DNA of 64,000 bases. Source: Dehalococcoidia bacterium (GTDB lineage Bacteria > Chloroflexota > Dehalococcoidia > Dehalococcoidales > JAUYDJ01). Shown one piece after another: positions 27,604 through 37,200 of the stretch. How positions within the stretch are numbered: the stretch's first letter is position 1; every line of letters starts with the position of its first letter. The stretch is from the NCBI GenBank assembly GCA_020353235.1, contig CP070693.1, forward strand, positions 758,624 to 822,623, read 5' to 3'. A program made the translations under genes and the position numbers. The notes under the pieces are model-generated. The model saw nothing but the letters and a program-made list of their open reading frames with translations. It made no database searches and had not been told where the DNA came from.

Positions 27604-28266
27604 TTGAAACTGATGACCACAAACGTCTTTGACCAGATTGCCCCCGGCTGGTATAACTTCCGCCACTGGTCCATCTTCCGCAGTGAGCTAGAGGAGTTGG
27701 CGGGGCGGTGGCAGAAAGGGAAACTGCTCAACCTGGGCTGTGCCCACGGGCCGGACTTTCTCCCCTTCCAGTCCCGCTTTGAGCTTTACGGCGCTGACTT
27801 TTCGCCGGAGATGCTCCGCTTTGCCCGGAGATACGCGCAGAAGTTCAAATTCAGTGTCAGTCTGACCCTGGCCGAGGTCAGCCACCTCCCCTACGGCGAT
27901 GAGAGTTTTGACTGGGCAATCTCGGTAGCCACCTATCACCACATAAAAGATAAAGAGCCGCGGCTGGCGGCACTGAGCGAACTAAAACGAATCTTGAAGC
28001 TGGGTGGAGAAGCTTTCATCACGGTATGGAACCACTGGCAACCCCGCTTCTGGTTCCGCCGCAGCGAGATTGCGGTGCCCTGGCGCACCAAGAATAAAAC
28101 CCTTTACCGCTACTACCACCTTTTTTCTTATCCTGAGACGGAGAAGCTGGCCAAACAGGCTGGCTTTCAGGTGTTAAAGTCCTTCCCGGAAAGTGCCTAC
28201 CGTTTTCCGCTGAAGCTCTTCTCGCGCAACATATGCCTGCTGGTGAAGAAGAGCCACGCCGATTAA
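27604..28266 (+). CDS. class I SAM-dependent methyltransferase, Trm9/ALKBH8-like
   Basis: 220 aa. Motifs are VFDQIAPGWYNFRHW, LNLGCAHG (motif I), FDWAISVATYHHI, LGGEAFITVWN and VPW...RYYHLF. The start is TTG 27604 or ATG 27613. Confidence 0.65.
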   Translation: MKLMTTNVFDQIAPGWYNFRHWSIFRSELEELAGRWQKGKLLNLGCAHGPDFLPFQSRFELYGADFSPEMLRFARRYAQKFKFSVSLTLAEVSHLPYGDESFDWAISVATYHHIKDKEPRLAALSELKRILKLGGEAFITVWNHWQPRFWFRRSEIAVPWRTKNKTLYRYYHLFSYPETEKLAKQAGFQVLKSFPESAYRFPLKLFSRNICLLVKKSHAD

Positions 28267-28355
28267 TGCGTTGACAAAGCCGGTGGCTAAGAAATAGGAT
28301 TACCTCAAAGAAGCCTGATGACTAAAAACGGCCGGAAAGGAGCTAGCGTCAAGAG

Positions 28356-28595
28356 ATGATACTAAAAATCAAATGTGCCGAATGTGGCACCGAGGGCAGT
28401 TTATCCCTGACCGACCCGGGCTATCAGGGTCCGTACCGATGCTGGAAGTGTCGGGCGCTCTTCACCATCAAGATAGAGAACAATGAGCTTAAGACCTGCG
28501 AACCGCTTACCGAGGAAGAACTGAAACGACACGAGGAAGAATTAAAGAAACAGCAGGAAATAGACGCACTGAGAGCCAAATTCAAACGGCAATAA
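28356..28595 (+). CDS. small zinc-ribbon protein with a charged helical tail
   Basis: 79 aa with CAEC-x19-CWKC, then a beta-like segment and a K/E-rich helix. A candidate promoter TTGACA-17/18-TAGGAT lies at 28275..28303. Confidence 0.55.
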   Translation: MILKIKCAECGTEGSLSLTDPGYQGPYRCWKCRALFTIKIENNELKTCEPLTEEELKRHEEELKKQQEIDALRAKFKRQ

Positions 28596-28619
28596 GCCCT
28601 AAAAAGACGGAGAAACCAG

Positions 28620-29147
28620 ATGAATAAAAGCAGGAGGATACGGCAGATGCTTATCCCGACTATTGTCATGGGTATAATCGCCCTGGTGCTACTCTACATG
28701 GGCTTTCAGAAGGGGGGCGGGGAACATATTCTCGGTATGAAAACAGCCGGGAATTTACTGGTACAGATAATCCCCTTACTTATCTTTGCCTTTATTATCG
28801 CCGGCATGATTCAGGTCCTGGTTCCGCAGGAATTGATATCCAAGTGGGTGGGGCTGGAATCCGGTTTCCGGGGTTTATTCATTGGCACCCTGCTGGGTGG
28901 TTTAGCCCCGGGCGGCCCCTATGTCAGCTTACCTATCGCCGCCGGACTGTTACGCGCTGGAGCCAGTATCGGCACCATGGTTGCCTTTATGACCGGCTGG
29001 TCACTTTGGGCAGTCAGCCGATTGCCACTGGAAATCGGCATGATGGGCTGGCAATTCACCGTGATTCGCCTTGCCTGTACTTTCTTCTTCCCACCCATCG
29101 CCGGGCTGATTGCCAACCTTTTCTTTTCCCGCGTCAGCCTGACTTGA
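28620..29147 (+). CDS. half-size permease of the YraQ/ArsP (DUF318-type) family
   Basis: 175-aa polytopic protein. It resembles the C-terminal half of the permease at 63074 and onward (GGLAPGGPYVSLPIAAGLL). Confidence 0.5.
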   Translation: MNKSRRIRQMLIPTIVMGIIALVLLYMGFQKGGGEHILGMKTAGNLLVQIIPLLIFAFIIAGMIQVLVPQELISKWVGLESGFRGLFIGTLLGGLAPGGPYVSLPIAAGLLRAGASIGTMVAFMTGWSLWAVSRLPLEIGMMGWQFTVIRLACTFFFPPIAGLIANLFFSRVSLT

Positions 29148-29180
29148 ATCGCGGCATAAAAATTAAAACGAGGAGGTAGC

Positions 29181-29375
29181 ATGCCAGTAGTAATCGTTGA
29201 AATGTGGGAGGGGCGCGCCATTGAGCAGAAGAGACAGCTGGTAAAGGGTATAACCTCAGCCATTGCCGCTATCGGCGTTCCTCCAGAGGCAGTAGAAATT
29301 CTCATTAAAGATAACCCCAAGCACAACTGGGGTATCGGTGGTGAGCTGGCTTCGGAAAAGTTCCCTGACAAATAG
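29181..29375 (+). CDS. 4-oxalocrotonate tautomerase family protein
   Basis: 64 aa. N-terminal Met-Pro (MPVVIVEMWEGR) and length are typical of the 4-OT family. Confidence 0.8.
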   Translation: MPVVIVEMWEGRAIEQKRQLVKGITSAIAAIGVPPEAVEILIKDNPKHNWGIGGELASEKFPDK

Positions 29376-29408
29376 CCGGACTAGCTGCCGATGCCGGGAT
29401 GTTTCTAT

Positions 29409-30089
29409 TTATCGGGCGGAAACACCGGACTTAGCCGGCAATTTCTTGTAGAGATACCCCCACCGGTCAAAGTGGGCTTCTTTTAACTGCTGGAGGCGCC
29501 GCCGGAACGAAGCCGAGCTGATATTTTCCAGACTCATCAATACCGCGTCCTCCCGGTTATCGGTGTAGTAAGCGCGGCGCAAACCGGTGCGGGTGAAGCC
29601 AAACTTGTCATAGAGATTCAGCGCGGCGTCATTAGAGACACGCACCTCAAGGGTAATTAGGCGGGCTTTCAGCTCGGTTGCCTGGTCAATGACTGATATC
29701 AGCAGCAGCTCCCCTATCCCGTGATGGCGGCATTCCTCCCGGACGGCGATGTTGATGAGATGAACCTCACCAGCCATGAACCAGAAGCCGGCAAAACCAA
29801 CCACATACTCCCTCCTGAAAACAGGCACCTCTGCCCCAGCGAGAGGCTCATGGCCAAAGAGACGCTGCACCTGAGATACCAGCCCGGAAAAGACCCTCTC
29901 TGAAATAGCCTTTACTTCGGTTTCCTCAATCGTTCTGCCTTCTTCACCGGCAACTATATAGTGAGCCAGGCGGTTTTTGAGCTCATGCTTAAAGTCAGGC
30001 GGTGGCCACATGGTCGGGAAGGCTTCGCGGTCAATGGCACTGACCTGAGCAATGTCTTCCGGTCCCATTAAACGCAAATAGTAAGCCAT
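29409..30089 (-). CDS. rimI: ribosomal-protein-alanine N-acetyltransferase-like GNAT
   Basis: 226 aa. RimI-like core (HLINIAVREECRHHGIGELLL...TLEVRVSNDAALNLYDKFGF) with an internal insertion. Confidence 0.65.
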   Translation of the reverse strand: MAYYLRLMGPEDIAQVSAIDREAFPTMWPPPDFKHELKNRLAHYIVAGEEGRTIEETEVKAISERVFSGLVSQVQRLFGHEPLAGAEVPVFRREYVVGFAGFWFMAGEVHLINIAVREECRHHGIGELLLISVIDQATELKARLITLEVRVSNDAALNLYDKFGFTRTGLRRAYYTDNREDAVLMSLENISSASFRRRLQQLKEAHFDRWGYLYKKLPAKSGVSAR

Positions 30090-30272
30090 AACTCATTCCG
30101 GAAGTAATTTCAGGATTATTGTAACATACCCACTCTGGCAAGGGCGATTGGCCAAAGCTAACCTTTACTGCCCCGGCTCGTTATATTATATATGCACCGG
30201 GTAACACTGAATTGCAGCTAGACCCAGGCACATTATACAATAGGGCTAAGGTTTAGCTAGGAGGGTTACTAG

Positions 30273-30812
30273 GTGCAAGAGGAGCAGAGCCTCACCCACC
30301 GGGCACGAGAGGGGGACAAAGAGGCTTTTGCACAGCTATATGAGAACTACTTTGATAAGATTTATCGCTATGTGGTTCTCAAAATAGGTAAGGCAGATGC
30401 GGAGGATGTTACCCAGCAGGTCTTCATCAAAGCCCTCCAGGCTATTGCCTCTTTTAAGTGGAAGGGGATACCCTTCTCGGCATGGCTTTTCCGTATCGCC
30501 CATAACCAGGTGGTCGACTATTTGAGAAAGGAAAAAAAGATGGTCAAGGTGCCGCTTAATGAATCATCTTCCCGGAGCGATAGCGACCCGCAGCAAATGG
30601 CGGAGCGCAGCCTGGATATTGAGCGGCTGATTTCAGCCACCCGGCAGCTGACCAGGGCGCAGCGGGAGGTGATCGGTCTGCGCTTTGCCGGTGAGCTATC
30701 AATTGCGGAGACAGCCAGGGTTATGAGCAAGAGTGAGGGTGCCATAAAGGCATTACAGCACAGCGCCATCGCCGCCCTGCGCAAAACAATGTCTGAGGAC
30801 CAGAAACAATGA
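30273..30812 (+). CDS. ECF (sigma-70 family) RNA polymerase sigma factor
   Basis: 179 aa with region 2 (FAQLYENYFDKIYRYV...DVTQQVFIKA) and region 4 (LTRAQREVIGLRF...ETARVMSKSEGAIKALQH). GTG start with an AGGAGGG SD. Confidence 0.85.
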   Translation: MQEEQSLTHRAREGDKEAFAQLYENYFDKIYRYVVLKIGKADAEDVTQQVFIKALQAIASFKWKGIPFSAWLFRIAHNQVVDYLRKEKKMVKVPLNESSSRSDSDPQQMAERSLDIERLISATRQLTRAQREVIGLRFAGELSIAETARVMSKSEGAIKALQHSAIAALRKTMSEDQKQ

Positions 30813-31795
30813 ACCGGGATAAAGAACTAGCCAACATTCTGAATGACTGCCTGGAGCGATTGCTTCGGGGAGAGACGATAGAGCAGTGTCTCCAGGACTA
30901 CCCGCAATATGCGGGGGAAATTGAGCCGCTGCTCCAGACGGCTATGGCGGCCAAAAAGGCATTGGCTATCCAGCCCGGCGTTGAGTTTAAAGCCAGAGCC
31001 AGGTACCAGTTTCAATCAATGCTGAAAGAAGCCAAACCCAGGCGAGGGCTGCCCGTCCTGAGCTGGCAGCCGCGCTGGGCACCCGCCCTGGCTATTGGAC
31101 TCGCCTTTTTGCTCGCCGGAAGCGGCACCGTAGCCGCCGCCGGTAACAGCATGCCCGATAGCCCCCTCTACCCGGTGAAACTGGCGACCGAGCAGGCACA
31201 ACTGGGATTAACCTTTTCTGATATCGGCAAAGCCAAACTCTATGTCGAGCTAGCTGATAAGAGAGTCGCCGAGATTGCCTATATGGTTAACCAGGGCAAG
31301 CCCGAAGAGATAGAGGCAACTGTTCAGCGGCTGAACAATCACCTGTCCATGGTAGTCAGCCTGTCCCTCGTCGAGGGGGCGGCAGCCGGGGAGCCACCCG
31401 CTGCAGAGGCCGCCCCCCGCCTAATGCCGGCACCAGCCGCGGGAGTAGCCGAAGCGCCCACACCCCAGCCCGTCGAGGCGCCGGCACCCCAGCTAGCCGA
31501 GACACCAGCGGCCGAACCAGCACCTGAGGAGGCCGCCAAAGAGCTCCCGGAACAGGCTGAGGCCAAAGCTAAACTCAAGGAACTCCTCAAGCAGAATAAA
31601 AACATTCACCCGGCGGTACTGCGTGCCCTGCTGGATGAAGTCCCTGACTCAGCCAAGCCAGCCCTGCTGCAGGCAATCGCCGACGCCGAGGATAACTACC
31701 AGAAAGCCCTGGATGCTCTAGATGAGGAGGATGATGACGACGAGGGAAAGAAGCATCACGGCGATGATGATGAAGATGATGAGGAGGATGACTAG
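30809..31795 (+). CDS. putative anti-sigma factor / DUF5667-like membrane protein
   Basis: 328 aa. Its start overlaps the sigma gene stop (ATGA). It has a single TM, a PDSPLYPVKLATE segment, a P/A/E-rich linker and an extremely acidic tail (DEEDDDDEGKKHHGDDDEDDEEDD). Confidence 0.55.
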   Translation: MNRDKELANILNDCLERLLRGETIEQCLQDYPQYAGEIEPLLQTAMAAKKALAIQPGVEFKARARYQFQSMLKEAKPRRGLPVLSWQPRWAPALAIGLAFLLAGSGTVAAAGNSMPDSPLYPVKLATEQAQLGLTFSDIGKAKLYVELADKRVAEIAYMVNQGKPEEIEATVQRLNNHLSMVVSLSLVEGAAAGEPPAAEAAPRLMPAPAAGVAEAPTPQPVEAPAPQLAETPAAEPAPEEAAKELPEQAEAKAKLKELLKQNKNIHPAVLRALLDEVPDSAKPALLQAIADAEDNYQKALDALDEEDDDDEGKKHHGDDDEDDEEDD

Positions 31796-31889
31796 CCGCT
31801 GGGCAATTTCCAATAAATTCACAGGCCGGCACCAACCTGGTGCTGACCTTTAACATTATATAAAGCAGGCAGCGAGGAGGTAAACATTA

Positions 31890-32633
31890 ATGAAAAAGGG
31901 ATTGTTTTTAGTCCTTGGTCTGGTATCGGTGCTGGCCATAGTCACGCTGGGAGGCTGTGCCGGAACAAGATCACCGGACGTAACTGGGTTCTTCAACACC
32001 CAGCAGGAAGGGGTCTGGGTTAGCGGCACCGGAAAGGTGACGGTGGCGCCCGACATTGCCACCCTGAGGTTGGGCATTGAATCCCAAAAGGCGACCGTAG
32101 CCGAGGCCCAATCAGCGGCCACCGGAGCCATGAACCAGGTAATGGATGCCCTGAAAGACAATGGCGTGGCGGATAAAGATATCCAGACGCAGTATTTCAG
32201 CATTCAGAAGGTAACCAGATGGGACGACGAAAAATACCAGGAGGTTGTCATCGGCTACCGGGTAACCAATATGGTGACTGCCAAGATAAGGGATATTGCC
32301 AAGGCGGGAACAGTTATTGATGCCGTCGCCCTAGCGGGTGGAGACCTCACCCGGATAGACAGCATCAGCTTCTCGGTTGATGACCCCTCCGCCTATTATG
32401 AGGAAGCCAGGGGAAAGGCGATGGCTGACGCCAAAGCCAAGGCGGAGCAACTGGCTAAGCTGGGTGGCATCACTCTGGGCACGCCGACCTACATCTCGGA
32501 GAGCATGGTAATGCCGTCTCCTATCTACCCGGTTAGAGCCGAAGCCGCCGCCCCGGTAATGGCGGAAACACCAATCAGTGCCGGCGAGACGGAGATCAGC
32601 CTTACCGTCCAGGTAGTCTATGCCATTAAATAG
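31890..32633 (+). CDS. SIMPL/DUF541-family lipoprotein
   Basis: 247 aa. Lipobox LGGCAG. 'VSGTGKVTVAPDIATLRLGI' and the C-terminus 'ISAGETEISLTVQVVY' are typical of SIMPL-domain proteins. Confidence 0.7.
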   Translation: MKKGLFLVLGLVSVLAIVTLGGCAGTRSPDVTGFFNTQQEGVWVSGTGKVTVAPDIATLRLGIESQKATVAEAQSAATGAMNQVMDALKDNGVADKDIQTQYFSIQKVTRWDDEKYQEVVIGYRVTNMVTAKIRDIAKAGTVIDAVALAGGDLTRIDSISFSVDDPSAYYEEARGKAMADAKAKAEQLAKLGGITLGTPTYISESMVMPSPIYPVRAEAAAPVMAETPISAGETEISLTVQVVYAIK

Positions 32634-32685
32634 CATTGATTAGCTGACAAGTTGACCGCCAGGTGCTATCATCTGGGGAGGAACG

Positions 32686-33066
32686 ATGAAAAAGTATCTG
32701 ATACTGGCTGGCGCGATGATATTAGCCCTGACGCTGGTGACGGGATGCGGCAGTGCCGAAACCTACTCTGATGCGGAGCAGGCGATAGACATCGGTGTCA
32801 ACCAGGAATTCACCATTGCCCTCAATTCCAATCCCACCACCGGCTATAGCTGGCAGGAAAGCTACGATGAGAGCGTTCTGGAACTGGTAGACAAGAGCTA
32901 CCGCCCCGGCGCAGAGGCGGAGCCGGAGGTCGTCGGCGCTGGTGGCACGGAATACTTCCAGTTCAAGGCGCTACAGCCCGGTGAGACCGAGCTCGTCATG
33001 ACCTATAAGCGGGGCTGGGAAGAAGAGTACCTGGAACAGTTGGTGTTCACCGTCAATATAGAATAA
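32686..33066 (+). CDS. chagasin-family (I42) peptidase inhibitor lipoprotein
   Basis: 126 aa. Lipobox LVTGCGS and the family motif NPTTGYSW. Confidence 0.75.
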   Translation: MKKYLILAGAMILALTLVTGCGSAETYSDAEQAIDIGVNQEFTIALNSNPTTGYSWQESYDESVLELVDKSYRPGAEAEPEVVGAGGTEYFQFKALQPGETELVMTYKRGWEEEYLEQLVFTVNIE

Positions 33067-33071
33067 AAGAA

Positions 33072-33093
33072 GGGGGTCTCTTTAGAGACCCCC
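33072..33093. terminator. bidirectional intrinsic terminator between the chagasin-like gene and ruvB
   Basis: Perfect 9-bp stem GGGGGTCTC / GAGACCCCC with a 4-nt loop. On the minus strand it is followed by TTCTTTTATTC. Confidence 0.75.
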
Positions 33094-33127
33094 TCACTCT
33101 ATCTATATTGCCCATCCCCCCAAGAAT

Positions 33128-34162
33128 TTAGCCGCTCTCATTCCACAGGGTGGGCTGAGGCGGTTGCCCCTTGCTATAAGGGATACCGAGGTGCTGATAG
33201 GCGAGCTGAGTGGCTAATCGGCCGCGGGGAGTCCGCTCCAGAAAACCGAGCTGCAGCAGATAGGGCTCATAAACATCCATAATGGTATCCGATTCCTCGC
33301 TGATAGCGGCGGCAATCGTCTCCAGCCCCACCGGACCGCCGTTAAACTTGTCCACAATGGTATGCAGCAGCTTGTGGTCCACCTCGTCCAGTCCGATTTG
33401 GTCGACCTCAAGTTTGGCCAGAGCCTCAACCGCCACCGACCGAGTGACGACGCCGTCGGCCCTCACCTGAGCATAGTCTCTAACCCGCTTGAGCAGCCGA
33501 TTGGCTACGCGGGGCGTACCCCGGGCACGACAGGCTACCTCCCCCAGCCCGCTATCTTCGGCTTTTATCTGCAGAATACCGGTGGAACGCTGCAGAATTT
33601 CCTGTATCGCCGCCTGGTCATAGAAGTCGAGGCGGTAGACGGCACCAAAGCGGCCCCGGAGAGGCGGGCTAAGCAGGGCAAAACGAGTGGTCGCCCCCAC
33701 CAGGGTAAAAGCGGGCAGGCTCAGCCTCAGACTCTTTGCCCCCGGCCCCTTGCCGATAACAATATCCAGGGCAAAGTCCTCCATCGCCAGATAGAGCAGC
33801 TCCTCTACCGTCCGATTGAGGCGGTGGACTTCATCAATGAAGAGGACATCATGGCTCTGGAGATTGGTTAAAATAGCCGCCAGATCGCCAGTGCGCTCTA
33901 TCGCCGGACCGGAAGTAACCCGTATGTTTACCCCCAGCTCGGTAGCGATGATATAGGCCAAAGTGGTCTTACCCAAGCCGGGCGGACCGTAGAGCAAGAT
34001 ATGGTCCAGAGCCTCCCCCCTCCCCTTGGCCGCCGTGACGGCGATGTTCAGGTTCTCCTTAATTCGGGCCTGGCCAACAAATTCGTCAAGGTGACGGGGG
34101 CGGAGGCTAACATCAAGCGGAATATCCTCAGCACTGCTTTTGCCGGATACAATGCGGTCTAT
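33128..34162 (-). CDS. ruvB: Holliday junction branch-migration helicase RuvB (apparent ATA start)
   Basis: Walker [10 protein letters not shown], Walker B FIDEVHR and a winged-helix C-terminus. The conserved N-terminal 55 aa (IDRIVSGK...[12 protein letters not shown]...[12 protein letters not shown]) are in frame upstream of the ORF-track TTG at 33997. Confidence 0.85.
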   Translation of the reverse strand: MDRIVSGKSSAEDIPLDVSLRPRHLDEFVGQARIKENLNIAVTAAKGRGEALDHILLYGPPGLGKTTLAYIIATELGVNIRVTSGPAIERTGDLAAILTNLQSHDVLFIDEVHRLNRTVEELLYLAMEDFALDIVIGKGPGAKSLRLSLPAFTLVGATTRFALLSPPLRGRFGAVYRLDFYDQAAIQEILQRSTGILQIKAEDSGLGEVACRARGTPRVANRLLKRVRDYAQVRADGVVTRSVAVEALAKLEVDQIGLDEVDHKLLHTIVDKFNGGPVGLETIAAAISEESDTIMDVYEPYLLQLGFLERTPRGRLATQLAYQHLGIPYSKGQPPQPTLWNESG

Positions 34163-34220
34163 CTCTGCCCTCCTTAATAAACGACATTATTATACCACAA
34201 CCCCAGCCACCAAAAATAAA

Positions 34221-34245
34221 GTGAGCCGCCCGTTGGGCGGCTCAC
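34221..34245 (-). terminator. intrinsic terminator downstream of rpoC
   Basis: 10-bp stem GTGAGCCGCC / GGCGGCTCAC with a 5-nt loop. On the minus strand it is followed by TTTATTTTTGG, 28 nt after the rpoC stop. Confidence 0.8.
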
Positions 34246-34272
34246 TTGCTTATAACCAAGCTCGCCAGGATT

Positions 34273-37200
34273 CTAGCCAGCCTGTGATTCTTCATCCTCC
34301 TCATCGGCATCTGCCTCCAGTGTATCTTCCGCTTCCGGCTCCTGAGCCCCGGCTACCTCCGACATCTCTTCGCAGTCTTCTCTCTTTTCTGCCTCACCTG
34401 CCTCCAGTTCCCCCTCCACTTCGATAATCGCCTCAGGCTCCTCTTCTGAAGCCGGATAGCGAGCCGGTATCAGCTTGCCAATGATGACATTCTCTTTGAG
34501 CCCGACCAGTCTATCCACCTTGCCGGAAATGGCTGCCTCGGTAAGGACACGGGTGGTCTCCTGGAAGGAAGCTGCCGCCAGCCAGCTATCGCTGCTCAGC
34601 GAGGCTCTGGTTATCCCAACCAGTACGGTGTGGGCAGTGGCTGGCTCACCGCCTTCCGCCAGCACCTTGGCATTGGTATCTTCATAGCGGTAGCGGTCAA
34701 CCAGCTCCCCGGGCACCAGCTCAGTGTCACCCGAGGAATCAATACGCACCCGGGAAAGCATCTGATGGACGATAACCTCAATATGCTTATCGTTTATGTT
34801 TACTCCCTGGGAGCGATATACTTTTTGCACCTCATTCACCAGGTACTGCTGGACCGCTTCTGCACCCAGAATACGCAGTATATCATGCGGGTTAATCGGG
34901 CCATCGGTTAGCTGCTCCCCGGCCTTAACCAGGTCTCCGTCCTGAACACAGACATGGGCTGCCGCCGGCACCACATACTCCCGCTCTTCGCGCTCTTCGT
35001 ATTTGATAACCAACTGTTTGTCGCCAACCTCCACCTCACCAGTAACACGAGCTACAACAGGCTGAACTTCAGTAGTGACTGCCTTCGTTTTGGATTTAGT
35101 CTTGGCTTTGGACTTAGACTTAGTTTCTGCCGCCGGTGCGGCGAGCACCGTGCCGATATCCACTTGTTGGCCATCCTTTACCATAACTTTAACACCCGCC
35201 GGCAGCGAATATTCGTCGCGGAATACCTCAGAGCGGGCAATCCCGACTAACTTACCTTCCTCATCCTGAACTACCTCAGCCAACCCATCTATTTCCGATA
35301 TAATAGCCTGACCCTTGGGCGACCTTGCCTCAAAGAGCTCTTCCACCCGGGGTAGACCACTGGTTATGTCAAGCCCAACAACACCACCGGTGTGGAAGGT
35401 GCGCAATGTCAATTGGGTACCCGGCTCACCGATACTCTGGGCGGCAATGATACCGACCGCAGTGTTGGTGGCAACCGTTCCCCCGCGAGCCAGATCCCGA
35501 CCGTAACAATACTGGCAGCAACCCTGCCTGGACTGACAGGTAAGCGTAGAGCGGACGTGGACCCTGGTTACCCCGGTAGCGATTATCTCCTGCGCCTTCA
35601 GTTCATCAATTTCCTCGTTGCGCTCAACGATCGTCTTTTTAGTGCGGGGGTTAACCACGTTGCTGGCGGCCAAGCGGCCAATGATTCGCTCCTCAAGCGA
35701 GGCCAGCAACTCTCCTGCCTTGGTTTCAAATACCCATACGCCCTCAGTGGTACCGCAATCAACCTGCTGGGTAATCACATCCTGGGCAACATCAATCAGC
35801 CGCCGGGTAAGATAACCACTACCCGATGTCCGCAGGGCGGTATCGGCTAGACCTTTACGCGCACCGTGAGTGGAAATAAAATACTCCAGTACGGTGAGTC
35901 CCTCACCGAGGCTTGACTTAATAGGAAAGTCAATAATTCTGCCCGCCGGGTCAGTCATCAGACCACGCATACCCGCCATCTGTCGAATCTGGGAGATGTT
36001 ACCCTTTGCCCCGGATGCCGCCATCATATAGACCCCGCCGTAGCGATCCAGAGACTCAGAGATGGCATCGGTAACCTTGTCCACCGTTTCTGTCCATACC
36101 TCAACGACCCCGTTATAGCGTTCGTCTTCGGTAATCAGACCGCGATGGTACTGGCTTTCAATGATGGCCGTCTTTTCCTCCGCCTGCTCCAGGAGCTTGG
36201 CTTTCTCTTCGGGGATCTTGATATCACTCATGGCGATGGTCGTCCCCGATTTAGTGGCATAGTGAAAACCGAGATGCTTGAGGGAGTCCAGTACCGCCGC
36301 CATATCCTGATGACTCAGCGTTTTACAGCAGTCGGCTACTATTTGCTTGATGACCCCCTTATCAACTGTCTTATCATAATGCCTAACCTCGGGCGGTAAG
36401 ACCTCATTGAAGATAATCCGCCCGATGCTGGTCTTAATTCTCTGTCCATCTCCGTTCCTGACCTCAAGTTCAGCCCTGAGGTCAACAATGCCCAGTTCAT
36501 AAGCAAGCTTGGCTTCCTCAAAGCTGCTAAAGATGGCACCTTCCCCTTTAACGCCGGGCGTGACCGTGGTCAGGTAATAGCAGCCGAGAACCATGTCCAG
36601 GGTCGGGCTTACCAGTGGCTCGCCGCTGCTTGGTATCAGCATGTTGTGAACGCTGAGCATCATCTCGCGTGCCTCTTTAATGGCTGCTTTGGAGAGCGGG
36701 ACATGAACCGCCATCTGGTCACCATCAAAGTCAGCATTAAAGGCGGCACATACCAGGGGGTGAATCTGAATGGCACTGCCATCAATAAGCACCGGTTCGA
36801 ATGCCTGAATACTGAGCCGGTGCAGGGTTGGTGCCCGATTGAGCAACACCGGGCGTTCCTTGATGACATCTTCCAGTATGTCATACACCTCCGGCCGGCC
36901 CCTCTCCACCAGCCTCCGGGCGCTCCTAATATTATGAGCCAGCCCTTCCATCATCAGACGGTGCATAATGAACGGTTTAAATAGTTCCAGAGCCATTCGC
37001 CGCGGTAGCCCGCACTGGTTAAGCTTGAGTTCCGGGCCAACCACGATGACTGACCGTCCACTATAATCAACCCGCTTGCCCAGCAAATTCTGGCGAAAGC
37101 GGCCTTGCTTGCTACGGAGCATGTCGGAGAGCGACTTCAGGCGATGATTACCACTCACCGAAGCCGCCCGTCCTCTCTTTTCATTATCAATAAGGGAATC

